A stretch of 63,690 nt of DNA, counting the filler, from Asterionella formosa (taxonomy: Eukaryota): assembly GCA_002256025.1 (NCBI GenBank). It is 15 parts of 15 records of this genome, joined end to end, with 100 filler letters (N's around TTAATTAATTAA, not from the genome) between each part and the next. Parts side by side here need not be neighbours in the genome. Positions count along the whole stretch, not along the records: positions 16,745 to 33,372 come from NKIB01004796.1; positions 33,473 to 50,088 come from NKIB01004797.1; 13 more parts are not named here. The stretch is one strand, 5' to 3'. The position numbers and the translations under genes were made by a program. The notes beneath the pieces were generated by a model that was given only the letters and a program-made list of their open reading frames with translations, ran no database searches and had not been told where the DNA came from. This document shows, piece after piece, positions 24,212 to 38,297 of this stretch (position 1 is the first letter of the stretch; every line of letters begins with the position of its first letter).

Positions 24212-26287
24212 ATGGGAAACAGAATCAAGGGCAAGACGAAGAAAAAGTCGATCAAGTCGGCATCCCATTCGGGTATGGGCTCTAGTCGCAAGCTTAGCCG
24301 AATGGGCAAGAAGCGCCTCAAGGACCGAGCTGGTATTGATGCAACATTTATTGGACGAGCCGCTTGTTTGCGGCGTCTTCAAATTTCTCTTAAGGATTTC
24401 AGACGATTGTGTATCCTAAAAGGTGTATATCCAAGGGAGCCAAGAGGCAGAGCACCTGGAAACAAAAAGGGACAGGTATACTATCATGTCAAGGATGTAA
24501 GGGCAATTGCGCATGAACCTGTTTTGGAGAAGTTTAGAGAGTTTAGATCTTTCATGAAAAAGGTAAGAAGGATTCAATTACAACCGAAGACATTCACATA
24601 TGCAATATTCAAACGATTGATCCTCTCTGACATTTTACACCTCCTTTAGGTCCGACGCGCCGCTGGCCGAAACGAAAAAGACGAGGCTGCCCGAAAATTC
24701 GCCCTAGCTCCCAGCTATACGCTCCACCATTTGGTGCGCGAACGCTATCCCCGCTTTGTGGATGCCTTGGGCGATATGGACGATGCTCTCACATTGGTAC
24801 ACTTATTTGCCGCCCTTCCTGCAGATGGCGACATTCGTTCCAAGGTGGTCAATAAGGCTAAGACAATGGCAGCCTCATGGTCAGCTTATTGCGCAACCAC
24901 ATCGAGTATTACTAAATCATTCATATCCATCAAAGGTGTTTATATCGAAGCCAATGTTATGCACACGACACTCCGTTGGGTGGTGCCTCACGCATTCACT
25001 CAAAACTTGCCAGATGCAGTGGATTACAAAGTCATGCTTACTTTCTTTGAGTTTTATGAAACCCTCCTTGGATTTGTATTATTCAAATTATATAATGATA
25101 TTGGTGTCAGGTATCCCTTGCCTGTACAGACTTTGGAAAGCGGATCGACTGCCAGTGCCATTGCGAATAACTTAAAGGCATTGACGAATGCACTCTCGGC
25201 AAACAAAACATCGCCTGTTATTTCCCTTGTGAGCAAATCTATGGAGACAACAACCATGACCAACGCCGAGAAAAAGGCAGTCACTAAAAAGGAACGTGCA
25301 TTGATTCAGAGCGTGGGTGCTGCCTTGAAATCCATTGATACTGACGAAGAAGTCGACGACGAGGACGACGAGGAAATTGACGTCGCTGGGCCACTCTCTG
25401 CGGCTTTGGAGTCTCTACAAGAAGAACAAAACAAGACGGCACATCCGCTTTCAATGGACGAGGACGCCACCAAACGTCGTCGTTTGTTCTCCGGTTTGAC
25501 GTTCTTTCTAAGTCGTGAAATCCCTCGAGGTTACCTGGAACTCGTCTGCCTTGCATTTGGTGCCAAAGTTGGATGGGAAGGTGACAATAGTCCTATCGAG
25601 GCTTCTGACGCAAGCATTACCCATCATGTTGTGGATCGCCCGAAGTTGCCGTCGAGCTATGACAAGCTACCAAAATCTCGTGAATTCATTCAACCTCAGT
25701 GGATTTTGGATTCGTCAAATTTTATGTTTTGCTTGCCAATTGCAAAGTATGGAGTGGGTGCGGAGCTACCACCTCACCTTTCCCCTTGGGTAGACGACGA
25801 AGAAGAAGGCTATAAACCAGCATATGCAACGGAAATTGAGAAGCTCCGAAATGGAGAAGCTTTGGAAGATGAGCATGAAATGGAAGTTGAAAAGGTCGAA
25901 CATGAGAGTGAGGAAATTGATATTCCCGAAATTGAAGCATTGTCTGAAGCAGAGGAGGAAGATGACGACGAGGACGAAGTCAAGGCAAATAAAAAAGCTG
26001 AGAAGGAAGATGCTGATGCCCACGATCGGGCCAAGGTCATGATGTCGCGTAAGGCGTCTCGTCTCTATGGCCGTATGCAAAATGGACTTGCGCTCAAGGA
26101 GGAGCAGATCAAGAAGCTTCAAAAGCGTCGTGATGACATGAAGGGTAAATTCAAGGATGCCAGCGGCAAAACTGTCACCATGCAAAAATTAGACCGTCTT
26201 AAGAAAGAGCGCAAAACAGTCGGGGATGAATACACCAAATTTGCAGGAAGCATGAAAAAGAACGAGAAGCGAAAAGCTACCAAGTGA
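24212..26287 (+). CDS. PES1: Pescadillo homolog (Nop7/PES1); exons 24212-24562, 24650-26287
   Basis: LQISLKDFRRLCILKGVYPREP, RERYPRFVDAL.DMDDAL, BRCT region (THHVVDRP...QPQWILDS), LPPHLSPW and acidic tail; in-frame GT-AG intron. Confidence 0.96.
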
Positions 26288-26860
26288 ATGATTCGCGTCT
26301 CAAGATTGAAACCTACCCCATAATGAAATAGTGTAGTACACATTGGAGTTTTTTTTCTTCTGTCTTCACATTTTCCGATGTTGTTCCGTTTCACATTTCC
26401 AGACCGTGGGTTCCTGTTTCCTTCAGCAAAATTTTAACTGTTTTCAGCAAAATCCAAATTTACCATTACGTGGATTTATAAGAGCAGATATATCGACCTG
26501 GAATATCGCTCATTATATAGCCAAGATCTGTTCAGATTGCGGTGGAGTAGAGTGTCGGTACGCCTGGTTTACATTTATACTACCGGTACATGTTTAAAAC
26601 TTTGAATTGAGACAAATAATACAAGACATGACCAAAAATATTAAGATAATAAATTCCACACGTCAGGTCTTGGCAATATGGGTACTATTGTCAAACTTTT
26701 TACTCAATAGTATTTCGTAGTAAGTTGAAGCAAAGTCAGCCATTGCACGAGATTGACGAGTCAACCACTCCTTCTACAAAACAATACAATGACAGTTACC
26801 ACCAGGCAAGGCTCATTTACACGACTCAAGTATGGTGCCGCGAAAGGTACTGCCGATTCA

Positions 26861-28136
26861 ATGCTGAGCAGACGAATCTGGTCGGTGACAATCATTTCCC
26901 TCCTTGGACCATTCTTTTCTCATGTAGCAGGGGCAGAACGTTGGGGCCGTTCACCCTTTGTTCGGCCGCTTTCGTTGAACATTAGTCCGCAATCGCGTGA
27001 CTTGGGAATCTCCAGTGCAGAGCACCTGCAATATCTGAACGCACACCATCATATCGGATCATCCATGCATACGAAACACGACCATCTTGCACCTCGCTGC
27101 GGAGGCCAAGGCGGCTTGGGCGCAGTAGAGAAAACTGCAGCGAAAATTGTAGGAATATTGACAACCTGCGTCACAACGTGTTTGCCACCCATTGTTGCCA
27201 TTGTCAGGGCAGTTGTTGCGGTTTACAGGGTATTGCCAACAGACGCGATCATTGCACAGGTAGGACTTGTATATTGCTTTGCTGGAGGTTACTATCCAGC
27301 CCTTTTTGCTGCTCTTCAGGCAGCACAACAATGTGGGTGGAAGCAAATGATTCGAGCAATTCAAGATCTCTCGGAAGAAGCGCTCAATGCAGTCGCAGCA
27401 ATGGAACGTACAGCCAAAAAGGCGGAACAAAATGCCAGGGAAATTTTCACGGAAGCAACAAAAGTTGTTTTGGCCACCGTGAATCCCGTGAAGGTCAGTG
27501 ACAACCTTGATTTCTTACATTTCAATGTCTTTTTTTTTCTGAAATTCCTTGTATCTTGAACTTTGTTCACAGATCAACCAGGCTGTAGCAGCTCTTTACA
27601 CAACATGGATGGGAGTGTCCCAAGTTTTGTCAAAAGAGTTTGCAAAGACAATCACTTTATCACTTACGCTTGGAAATCAATTGCAGCCAATTCTGAATAT
27701 TGCTATCGGTACTCCTGTTTACATGGTCGTTCCCAAAGAGTATCATTTATGGGTCCCTGTGGTAATAGGATGGACTTCCAAAGCAATCGCGATGTCTATT
27801 GCATGGCGTATCCAGCGGGTACTGACAGCAAGCACTTCTGCAATGCTGGGTGGCCTCATGTTTTCTCAGGCGTTAATGCGCATGTTTTCCCATCGAGGTA
27901 TTCAGGTATTTGATATCCCCAAAAACGACCAGGAAAAGGTGACAGCATTTTTTGAGGAGTTTATCGGGTTGGTTGTTGGAGGGTTCGGCCTCTACACCCA
28001 GTTAAGCACTGGATTTTCCTTTAAGATGCCGTTTCCACTCAACGTACTTACATGGCCTTTTGAGTGGGCTGAAAATTGGATTCAATGGAAAATCACCGAG
28101 GCAAAGGTTTCATCAAAAACTAAACTAGTTCAGTAG
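26861..28136 (+). CDS. Uncharacterised multi-pass membrane protein with signal peptide; exons 26861-27493, 27573-28136
   Basis: In-frame intron GTCAGT...CACAG (VNPVK|INQAV); several hydrophobic segments; the start codon is inferred. Confidence 0.8.
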
Positions 28137-28469
28137 TTTGGGGCGTCAACCTAGACAGATCGACTTTAAGTGGTATCAGGCAAATTAAACGGACTACTTT
28201 TCCATTTGTCAAAGCACTGTGGTATCCTTATCATTGTGATGGCTTAAACGGACAGGAGGCATGAACATTTTTATACAAGCAGAACCAGAGTTGGGAGCTT
28301 CTCTAGTGACGATTCGCTCGAACGTCCGCCATCGTATGTATCTACAAGAAAGTTGCAAAATAATACACAGCGCAGACAAATTCGATCGTGGTTGCTGTCG
28401 TGGTGCGACGCAAGCAATTGCATTATACGTTGCTAAATTAATCTATTCCCCTTGTTCGATGCTTCTAGC

Positions 28470-30068
28470 TTAGGAAGATTGCTCTTCAGAACCCATGAGT
28501 ACATTTGAATAATCTGCCCCCATATATGCCGTGACAGTCTTGAGTCTCCCATTCAAATAATGCTCTTCAAGCTTCATATTGCCTCGATATCCAGCCACCA
28601 ATGCTGATTGACCCAACGCAGACTTGTTGGTATTTCGGGGCAAGTCGTAGATCACTAATCGTGATCTCGTGGCCGATGCTGCCATTTGCAGTAAGTGAAC
28701 ACCATTCATACAATTTTCATCGTCTGCAGGTGCAACAGGGCCAGCAGTTCCGAAAGAATCAAAGAAATCGTCTTGAATGGCAGGCATCTTTGCCTTCATG
28801 CCAATTTTTTTAATTTTCATGTGGCTTTCTAGGGTATATCCATTCTTTCCCAGGGCATTGTAGTCAACGCCACCCCAAGGCGGGTCCATAAATACGGCAT
28901 CGATACGTGGGGGTAGCATACCCAACCCCCCAATGAAGAAACCGGCACATACCTCCGTTTGTACGTGATCTGGTAGTGATGCACCACTCGATCTCAATTC
29001 GTTGATTTGGAGAATCCCATTGCGATAGCAGTGCTCCATGACGAATAAGGTATTGCACTCGACGAAAATCAATTTTTCTTTCGGGATATCATATAAACAA
29101 GCATTTTGCGCTGCCTTTCGTAATTTCGTCCTGTCCAAATCGATGCATACCACCATGGCTACTTGGTCGTAGGGCAACTTCCCAAAAGCAATGCTGTTCC
29201 CTCCACACCCACAGAAGGCGTCCATAACTATAATACCCTGTGATTCTGGTAAGTTTCCAGGTAGCCCTCTTCTGAATGCTGCAGATGTGGCCAATGAACC
29301 AACTCTTTGCGCAACATGATCTGCAATGACTTCCGGAGTTACACTGAACCATCCTTCGGCGTCAAGCTGGATCCCCATATCGAATTTAGAGAATAGTCGT
29401 CGTCGCTGTGCCCAGTATTTATCGTGACATACCGATGGATCGTAGGGGTTTGGAATGGAGTGGTCGACGACATCTCGTGGGTCCAGTGCATTCTAAAATG
29501 TTTTAGTGCCAAAGGTGGTGTGAGCTGCGATGAGATGGAATAAACAAATAAAATGAAAAGCGACAGAGCGCATTGCCCGTACCTCATTCCACGCTGCAAT
29601 TTTTTCTTGTTTTCCTGGATGATGCGGTGCTCTAATCACCGCTACTGTACAATTCTTCGCCTCAGGTCCACTAGTTCCTGTCCAACAGGTTACATCTGGG
29701 GCAAAATGATATGGGTGGATCGGTGGATGGCGGTCGACTTGACCATGATCCAAGCAGGGCAAGTTGTCTCCTTCTTCGTAGTGTCCAAACTTTATCGTAT
29801 CCCATAAGTCAATGCGCTTGACAATGACCGACATATCGGCAGGTTGATTCCGTTTCGGGGAATTGGCGTGGCGTCTGGGGGATCTGGATCCATTGCCTTG
29901 CTTCTTGTTGTTGATCTGGTGACGAGTAGGTGAATTGGTATCCTTCCGTCTGCTTGTGCCGTAACTATGGCTATTGTTCTGTCGACTTTGATTCCTCTTG
30001 GATAAATCGTCAAAAACACTAACGTCGCCTGAATCCAAGGGAGGCACTTCATTATTCAAGTTGCTCAT
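28470..30068 (-). CDS. TGS1: Trimethylguanosine synthase; exons 30068-29583, 29492-28470
   Basis: KYWAQRRRLFSKFD.GIQLD.EGWFSVTPE.IA, DAFCGCGGN and VFMDPPWGG motifs; in-frame intron. Confidence 0.95.
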
Positions 30069-32952
30069 TATTGCCTCACGTATATGTAGTCGTCTAAGCT
30101 CCTTGAACTGAGATTCACCAATTAGTCAGCTTAATAGTCAGGAATTCTATGTGAATGCAGGTGCCGCGTCATGGTCGGCTAATCATAGGAATGGTGATGC
30201 AAAATGGCAAGAAGCTGCTTCCAGCAGCAGCAACATCATCATGCAGGGATACAAGCTATTACCGCTACGTAATAAAAGGAGAGGCCCGATTGACACCAAT
30301 ATACCTAAATACTGGTATCAACTATCTATTCATGACTGATACAAAGTATGCATAATATGTATGTAAGAATCACATGCTGACGTAACCGTATTAGCAAATC
30401 ACAGCCAATAGATTTCTACGGCCTTCAGTATTTTTTGCATTTGATGCATGCCGTAATGTACCTGGTACCGGTGGAGTACCAGGTACCAGGTTCCATTACC
30501 TCCTTACACATGGGGCTGATAAAACAAAAAAGCAATTTCTGATAAATGAACCTGGTGAGATGTTGTCAAAAAGTATCCTATGAAGCATCTTTTTTTCTGA
30601 TAAACAAAGCGAGAAAGGAAGCAAATTTCTTGTCAGCAAAATCAAGATTTTAAATCTCATGCCCAATTTTTTGTTTGAGAGCAGGCTTATCATGATTGTT
30701 GTTGCTGGGCTGGCGTGTTATGCTAGAAATTACAGACAAACAACAAAATTCAAGCATCAAAACAATCCCTCAATACTTGAGTGCTGGGACAACCAGATAG
30801 AGGGGAGACATGTAATATGATATTGCAGCATAAGGAACAGAAGTCACTAGCTAGCCTCACTCATCTCATCCTACAAGAAGGCATATGATATCAAGGCATG
30901 GATGAGAAACAAGGATAGCTCCTACAAGAGCATGACGAGAATCACACAAGATAATGGAAAAACTTAAGCTGTTGTCACAGACAATGCACACTCAGCTCAA
31001 GACGAGGTTACCTATATCTATAAAGTAAAATACCCAGCAATGCATTGGTTGCACATCAAGATCTGATGCATGCATCTCAACAAGGCAGCAGATACACTTT
31101 TGAGAGAAATGGAACATTCCAATTGTCACTGCACTTGAAATTGCCTTTTACATGTTGGGGAGACACAAAGCCTTTTACAAACCAAATCATTGGTTCCAAA
31201 TCTTGAGCCAAATCGAATCATGTATATTCACAACTCTTTAAGATTATCTGTCATTCCAATAATGCCGAACTTGCAGCCAATTAGCAACAGATGCTTTGGA
31301 GGCCATGAAAATGATGCAACGACTTGTATGCGCAAATGTCGAAGCACAGAATGCTGCAATGCTTCTATTGATGCTCATGGTCAAAGTGGGTGGGGCTACT
31401 ACTAGTTCTCCTGAAAAGGACAAAGCAAGCTATCAAATTGATCATTGCTCTCCCTATGATGCATGGTATGATGATGCCTTCTAGTAGAACATTAAAATTC
31501 ATTAAGTTTTTGGATTTGAGTTTTGAAGAGCGCGGGGATGCAATGATCAAGATGCCTGATTTATTCACGTGCAACTTTGTTGTGGATGCCATTGGTCACA
31601 GTGGCTTGGACAGCGCCAGTCCTAGGGCAAATGTGCTGTATCAACCAATGATGGCAAATCCGGCAACATGAAACCCTATGTGATCACCTACGCTTCATTT
31701 TTATGAATGGTGGAGTGACACAATGAAAGGGCAAGACGAATCCAACAATCGCATGCACCAAGCCATGGAAGATGCAAAAGTGCATCCGCAGCATCTCCGT
31801 GCACCTTAAATTGTGGTGGGCAGTTCCATTAGATTTTTTGTAAATTTCGTACATTGGTTTGAATATTCCTTTCGCAGCCTTGGAAAGCAACTTTTTTACC
31901 ATTTCGTCATTTCCTTCTGGTGATAGTTGCGAGCAAGTAGTAGAGTAAATGGTTGTTCCACAATAGTATGTTGATAATGATAATCTTTACGCCTGGAGCA
32001 GAACCAAGATCAAAAGCAATGGGAGAAGTAGTCCATGCTACAGATTTTTGGCAAAGCAATTTCTTGATCATTTGTTGGTGATGTCAAGAATCTTTCTACT
32101 AGTTGGTTTTGTATACCGCCGGTACATAGAATTGCGGATTTTGGGTGCCCATGTTCCTGGTTCCAGTTGATGTGAATCAACATTCAAATCATCATTCTGA
32201 ACAGAAGCATGGTGGCTCATCAAGGCTTGGCTAGTGCTACACAAAGTTATGTGCGCTATCTGGATCCATAAACCACACTACAGTGATCCCACATTGATCC
32301 TGCATTTTCTCTCCATCATTTCTTCGCTTCCTTGATTGCTTTTGTCTTTAATGTTTTCATGTGCTGTTCTCCCTTTAATTTGGCTTGCTTTATTCACTAT
32401 CGCCATCTTGCCATTGCTCATCATGGAAGGAGCAGTTGCAGTGACAGTGGCAGATGATGACAACAAATGGCTTTCATTGTGATGAAGGCAGGGGTTGACC
32501 CATCATTACCAACTGTACCATTCCAAACAGTTACAGATCAGGTCACAGACTGCGCTTCATTCTATACTTTTGCCATGACTGGCACATTCAATACCCAGCA
32601 GAATGGAAATGGAGACAACGGAAAACATTTGACCTCCAGACAGTAAGTATATGGAGTAGGAATTGCTGTTGTACATCACAGACTGTACAAGGTAGTCTAC
32701 TGCCAGTGGTCTACTGTGTGCCTGTATACCGGCATTATCCTTGCTGATGTGTATGTACAGTAACAGGTTCAGTAAATTGGGAGTACCAGATACGAGCAAA
32801 ATCCCTGCAACCATTCATTGTTCTTGACCCGAGAAGTACAAAAAGTCTGTCTACATCCTAGTTTTCAGTATGTGCCAGTATGCATTTGCATACCGGTACA
32901 TACATGTCGTCCTCAGTCATCGTCTCGTCCATCCAACACAAAATAATACCTG

Positions 32953-33040
32953 CAAGTTGCGGTATTTTTGCTGAAACTAAAGATTTAGCTATCTTTATCC
33001 GAGATTGAAATGTTTGTTTCAGCAAAATTACCGCAGCTTG
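32953..33040. mobile_element. 88-bp MITE with TSD CTG
   Basis: ctg|caagttgcggtatttttgctgaaac...gtttcagcaaaattaccgcagcttg|ctg. Confidence 0.8.
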
Positions 33041-33472
33041 CTGCATTTTATAATTTACAAAGAAAGCAATAACAAAAACACTCATTCAATCATCATCAGC
33101 ATTTGCAGAGGAGTGTGATGATCAATGACAGTACCTGGTACAATACATACCGGTGTACGGTATATGCATTGACTACCGGTAGTCTACTGGTAATAATATA
33201 AAGCACTCTCATTAATTATATTTCTTTCCACCAGCACACTTTTAGCACAAGCAACTTCTATCAGGCAAGGATGCCAAAGACAACATCGAAGAAACGAAAA
33301 CAAGGTGACGTGTGGTCGAGCGGCGATCATGAGGTTCGCAAAATGGAAGCCTCCCGGAAGTCTACCAGGAAANNNNNNNNNNNNNNNNNNNNNNNNNNNN
33401 NNNNNNNNNNNNNNNNTTAATTAATTAANNNNNNNNNNNNNNNNNNNNNNNNNNNNNNNNNNNNNNNNNNNN

Positions 33473-34480
33473 CCGATATCATGCAACATTTTGTATGTCA
33501 CCCACAAGTGAAACTTACAACTTGTGGAGAACGCATGCACATATGACGAAGTAACTTCCGTGACTTGGTTTGAAAATGCATTCAACAATTCTCCTGCATT
33601 AGAAAATGGAGTGTTGAAGGCATCCCAGGGTGTTTTTTTGTCGCCCTAGCAGTTTTCAGTGATGGTGATGGTTCACCTATTGATTAACAAATGAAACATT
33701 CCGAGCATCCGTTTTGCTGTTTCAGGGGTGGTAATGGAATATATCGAAGATATGATTGTCCTGATTGCTTGCCTGGTTTCAACTGAAGATGGTGATAGTC
33801 TCGATATTGGATGTGAACGTCGTAAAGTGTCAGATGTTAAAATATTTTTAAACAAATTTCTTGACAAAATTGCATATCCCGATGGAAAATTACCAATTAT
33901 CGCACCTGAGTATTGTGTCTCCCAATCTAGTGGCAAACACGCAACAGCAAATGAGTGGTGGCGTGTTATATCGCATAATCCTATTATGCCAGCACTAATA
34001 AATTATTTTTTTGGTGGTGACTTAGAAGGATTATTTGGTGCAACTCCATTTGAGGTTCTTCATCAATTACTACTTGGAATATTTAAGTTCGCACATTTTG
34101 GAATCATTGTACAATTATCGGACTATCCCTGAAGAATGGACATGTTTTTTTTTAAGAAAGAGAGTCACCAGATATTCCAGAGAACATCTCTAATCAGAAA
34201 CGTATCACTGAAACAACAGACACTGATTTTCTTGATCAAGAGCAACCGAAAAAACGGGCAAGACCAAAAAGGACGCACGCACCAGTTACCAAAAATATCT
34301 ACACTTGCGAAAATCAAGACCAAACACTTGTACCAGCACCAGGAATGTATTTTCGAAACTATACTTCGAACAAAGTGCCAGATATATTAATAGTCATTTG
34401 GAAAGGCAAAGTGATCGTGATATTCCAAAATTTTTCTACAGATCTGGGATGACAGCTTTGTCAAAATGTTCATCTTGATG
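33473..34480 (+). mobile_element. Plavaka-like (EnSpm/CACTA-related) transposase remnant
   Basis: FFGGDLEGLFGATPFEVLHQLLLGIFK and, in another frame, ERQSDRDIPKFFYRSGMTALSK are motifs I recall from such transposases; frameshifted. Confidence 0.5.
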
Positions 34481-35739
34481 TTCTGGACGAATAGTGAGAC
34501 ATATTTCTTGGTTTTGCAATTTTTCAACCATTTCTACTTCAGAAGTGATGTCTCCCACATTTCCGCCGGTATTTTCATTCATCCCATGAATTTTGTTATC
34601 AAATGAATGAGAATCACTGAGTTCTTCTTCATTATCAGCGATTTCATAAGAATGAGGAGCAAAATTCGATACTGGATGGAACTGTGACTCTGTAGGAATA
34701 AACGAGTCTTCATCCGCGAAGAACAACTGTTTGGGTTTCCTTGGCTATTCGAAAGCAATCTTTCCTTCTTTTCAATCTCTGCCACTATTGAATCGGGATA
34801 CTTGATTCATTATTTTTTCTGGAGTATTATGAATCTGTTCAAATTCATTTGTTATTTGAGTGTATTCAAAGGAATCTTCGATTGATTTCATAAGTTTCTT
34901 CATCTTCTTTTCCGAAAACATACAGTCGTGTAGTGTAAACAATGGAAGTAAGTCATGTTTCTTGTTTGACTGACCCTTTGCATGAAATCTATGAAATGCC
35001 ATTTGGAAAGCAAGTTGTCAAAGGGCCAGAAGACTATGATGTAAAACAGTGGAAGGGAAATGCTGAGCTTTTTGCGGCGCTTGTGGAGGTGCAGCTGGTG
35101 TGATGGTAACCAAGTGTAGTAATTGTTGAACAGAGCACAGCAGTGTAAAATGCATGTTCCGCCAGTGTAGTGTTTACACAATACACATGCCGGCGTCAAT
35201 ACAGCTATAACAAGGAAAAACGACTCAACAATGAACTTGATGGCTGGTTGTTGAGGATACCGGTATGTGATATGCATCAATCCATATCACAAATCAAATT
35301 CTAGTGATGTACATATCAACGTATCCGTATACTTAGATCATATCCACCGTATAATCATACTATCATTTTAACTGTTGGCTTTTACTGTATACATTAAAAG
35401 TCAAATATATGTAGATAAGGTAACATACTAAATAAACATATTTTATCTTATTTTATTATCATTGTATTATTTTAACATGATCATTTTTTGAACAAAAATA
35501 TATATCATAAACATTTTAAGAAATCATCACAGTTCTATGATCAATGCATCATAGATATGTGATATACTTTATACAATATTACGTATCATACTTTGGTGAT
35601 GTATGCATCGATGTAACCCTATCGTGATATCACATTATCATCTTATCAATCATGATGAGATGATTGGGAACTGTAGTATTCTGCATCATACTACGGAGTA
35701 TGATATTATAACACGCACTTTAGTAGTTAAGTCACTCCT

Positions 35740-36190
35740 GAAATGTACACAAGTCGACAGTGCACATACGGACAGTGGTTCCGACAAGCGAATGACGATA
35801 CCACGGGTACCAATTTTTCCAGCAGCAAACCGCAATGATGAAGGACACTTGTCCCTCTATTGATGAGGATGACACGAACACCGACTTTTGCAGGAGCAAA
35901 CAACAATGAAGAGACCCACTTGTCCCTCTATTGATGGTAACAAAGATGCGGACAAGTTCAACAGTGAATACAAGAACAACATACCAACGAAAACGAGTTG
36001 GCAGTGTGTGTACGCACACGCTAAGCAGGTTTGAGGCAACGGACAGTTCCAACAAGCAAATGATGATACGGATATCAAATATTTTCTACAAACAAACAAC
36101 AATGAAGAGAGCCACTTGCTTTCACTCTCTTGATGGTATCAACGATGTGGACAAGTTCAATAGTAAATACAATTACAGCATGCCAAATGC
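35740..36190 (+). repeat. Imperfect direct repeats (core caatgaagaga.ccacttg...ttgatgg...ggacaagttcaa)
   Basis: Two near-complete and one partial copy visible near 35830, 35898 and 36095. Confidence 0.6.
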
Positions 36191-36599
36191 AGAAACAAGC
36201 AACATGAAAAAGAAATTGTAATCAGAATCATTCTATAACTATAGCTACGTGGACAGTAGTCTGTTACATTTTCGTATCTCCTTTTATGCTGAATCTCAAT
36301 AGTAGATTTAGTATCATGTGAGAATTGAAAATGTCAACGAGAACAAGTAGAATGATTTTGTTTACGGGTTGATTGGCGAGATTGTAATGCAGGTGGTCAA
36401 CGAAACAGATTCACAATGTGCACTGTGTGCGGAACCATTACGAGTTCGAATGATTTCTTCTCTGTAAACTTTTAATTGAATGATTATGAACAAAGGTTCA
36501 CTGCACATGATGATTACTCAAAGATATAATGATCACATGACCAACAATTGAAGACGTCGTCATTTCAGCTGAATAAAACAATTCAGCTGAAATGACGTA

Positions 36600-37280
36600 A
36601 CATATCATCATGGTATGTACAACTGGCTTTTAGAGTTTGATGACAAATTGTCGCCTGACAATCCCATGCGCGACCAGCTGCATTGACAATAGCACGCGCT
36701 CTTCCACTTCCACTTGGAGTAAAATTATCGTTGTAAAATTGACGACTGACACTCTCGTTTTCTTGACGCATCACACAATTGCCTTCAGCAATACGAAGAC
36801 GATTTTGCGTGATTGTTTGAAAACTGTTCTTGGGAAGGTGCTTGTTTCGATCCTTAAATGACTGTTGACTCTCGAAGTAAGCGAGAACCGAGCGAATTGA
36901 TTGGTCTGAAGTTTTAGCATGATTCAATTCAAACTCTTGTTGCCACTCATTGGGCATAGAACGGATGATGATAATCCGCATATCTTCTTTTGACAATCCG
37001 TTTTGATCTTCTGGATGAGGCTTTAGATGAAGTAGCCTGTTCAAAGTTTTAATGCGAGCTCCGAAATCCATTCCCAACATAGAAAAGGGTCTAGATAAGT
37101 AGTGTAGCAACCATTGTTGTTGACATTGAAAACTCTCATTTGGTAAACGATCATCTAACCATAAAACCATCGCTTCATCGAAACTATCGTAGGATTGATC
37201 TCCTGGGTGTACTTCCACATTCAACCAATCCGATAAGGCAATGTCGGTCAAACACCTGTTAAAGTAGGAAAAGGTATCTG
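36600..37280 (-). mobile_element. Gypsy gag fragment (same family as 17382-22463)
   Basis: ORF 36583-37326 is nearly identical to the gag at 17820-18500 (DTFSYF.RCLTDIAL.DWLNVEVHP...). Confidence 0.92.
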
Positions 37281-38297
37281 AAGCTGTAGCTAAGTCAACG
37301 CAAAGCCTAGTAATAGCCTTTACCAAAGTAGCCTCCCTTCCTGTGTCCTGCCTTGAGTGTTAGCCCTAGTAGCTTGCGTCGGTTCTTAGTAGTACCAAGT
37401 ATACGAGAAGCAATGTAGAAAGAGATGAACATGAGTTAGAACATAGGTATGCTTAAGTAGTGGTATGCATAAAAATTACCGGTACCTGGTACCAGCAGTA
37501 CAAATTTATTGTAGAAATACATACCTTGAGCTCCTTCTCAGGAGCACGTCACCGAAAGAACAGTTGGTTGCTAGTTACCATCTTGGGCGAACAGAGGTTA
37601 TCCTGGTAGTGATGTATGAGCTTAACTATGCATGTAGGGTTGCTGGTATCCTCGATCATGGTACATTCCTGTAGACCTTGGTACTTCCGCTCAGTATGTT
37701 GCAACGTCAGGGCTTTATTTTTTTCGGCTTCACTTGGATATAGCAAGAAATACCTCAATCCTTTTTTTGTACTGACTTTCATGTACCAGGCGGTACTTCA
37801 TGTCGTGTAGAATATTCCTATGGAATGTTGATTAGTTCATTTCAAAGTTACGTTTATACATACATGTAGACATAGAACAATATGCTGCTTGTCCTTGCAG
37901 CGACTAAATATTTCGATGCTAAAATGTAAACACTAATTCCTCTGACTGAGCGTTTGCGCATTTCCCGACACTTTTGTGCAAAACTTGTATTCTTTCCACC
38001 CATGCCATTAAAATCCTTGGACAGGGAGTACGGTATGCCTCGACGGGAGAAGCAGCGGAAAAAATCTATCAGCTTGGGTTGGGCGGTGTTTGGTTGGTGC
38101 ATTGCCATTATGATGGCTTCATTAGAGGCACTTTCGAGGACTACAAGGGGTGATTTATTTTTGAAGAATTTGGTTACAAACCACAGGACAGAAGTGTTGA
38201 TGATGTCTTTGGTGGCGTTACTTCTTAACCCACGACATATGAGATAGAATCTATGGATTGGCCGGTTTCCATTGTTGGGATCAAGGTTGGTCCATTA

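Noticed and set aside
23282..30068. Clustering of PES1 and TGS1 (both nucleolar/RNA processing) as a functional cluster
   Set aside because: They are interleaved with unrelated genes; this is ordinary compact diatom gene packing.
30900..31400. AVVTDNA-like hAT transposase motif near 30970
   Set aside because: A single short motif in heavily decayed sequence; too weak to call.
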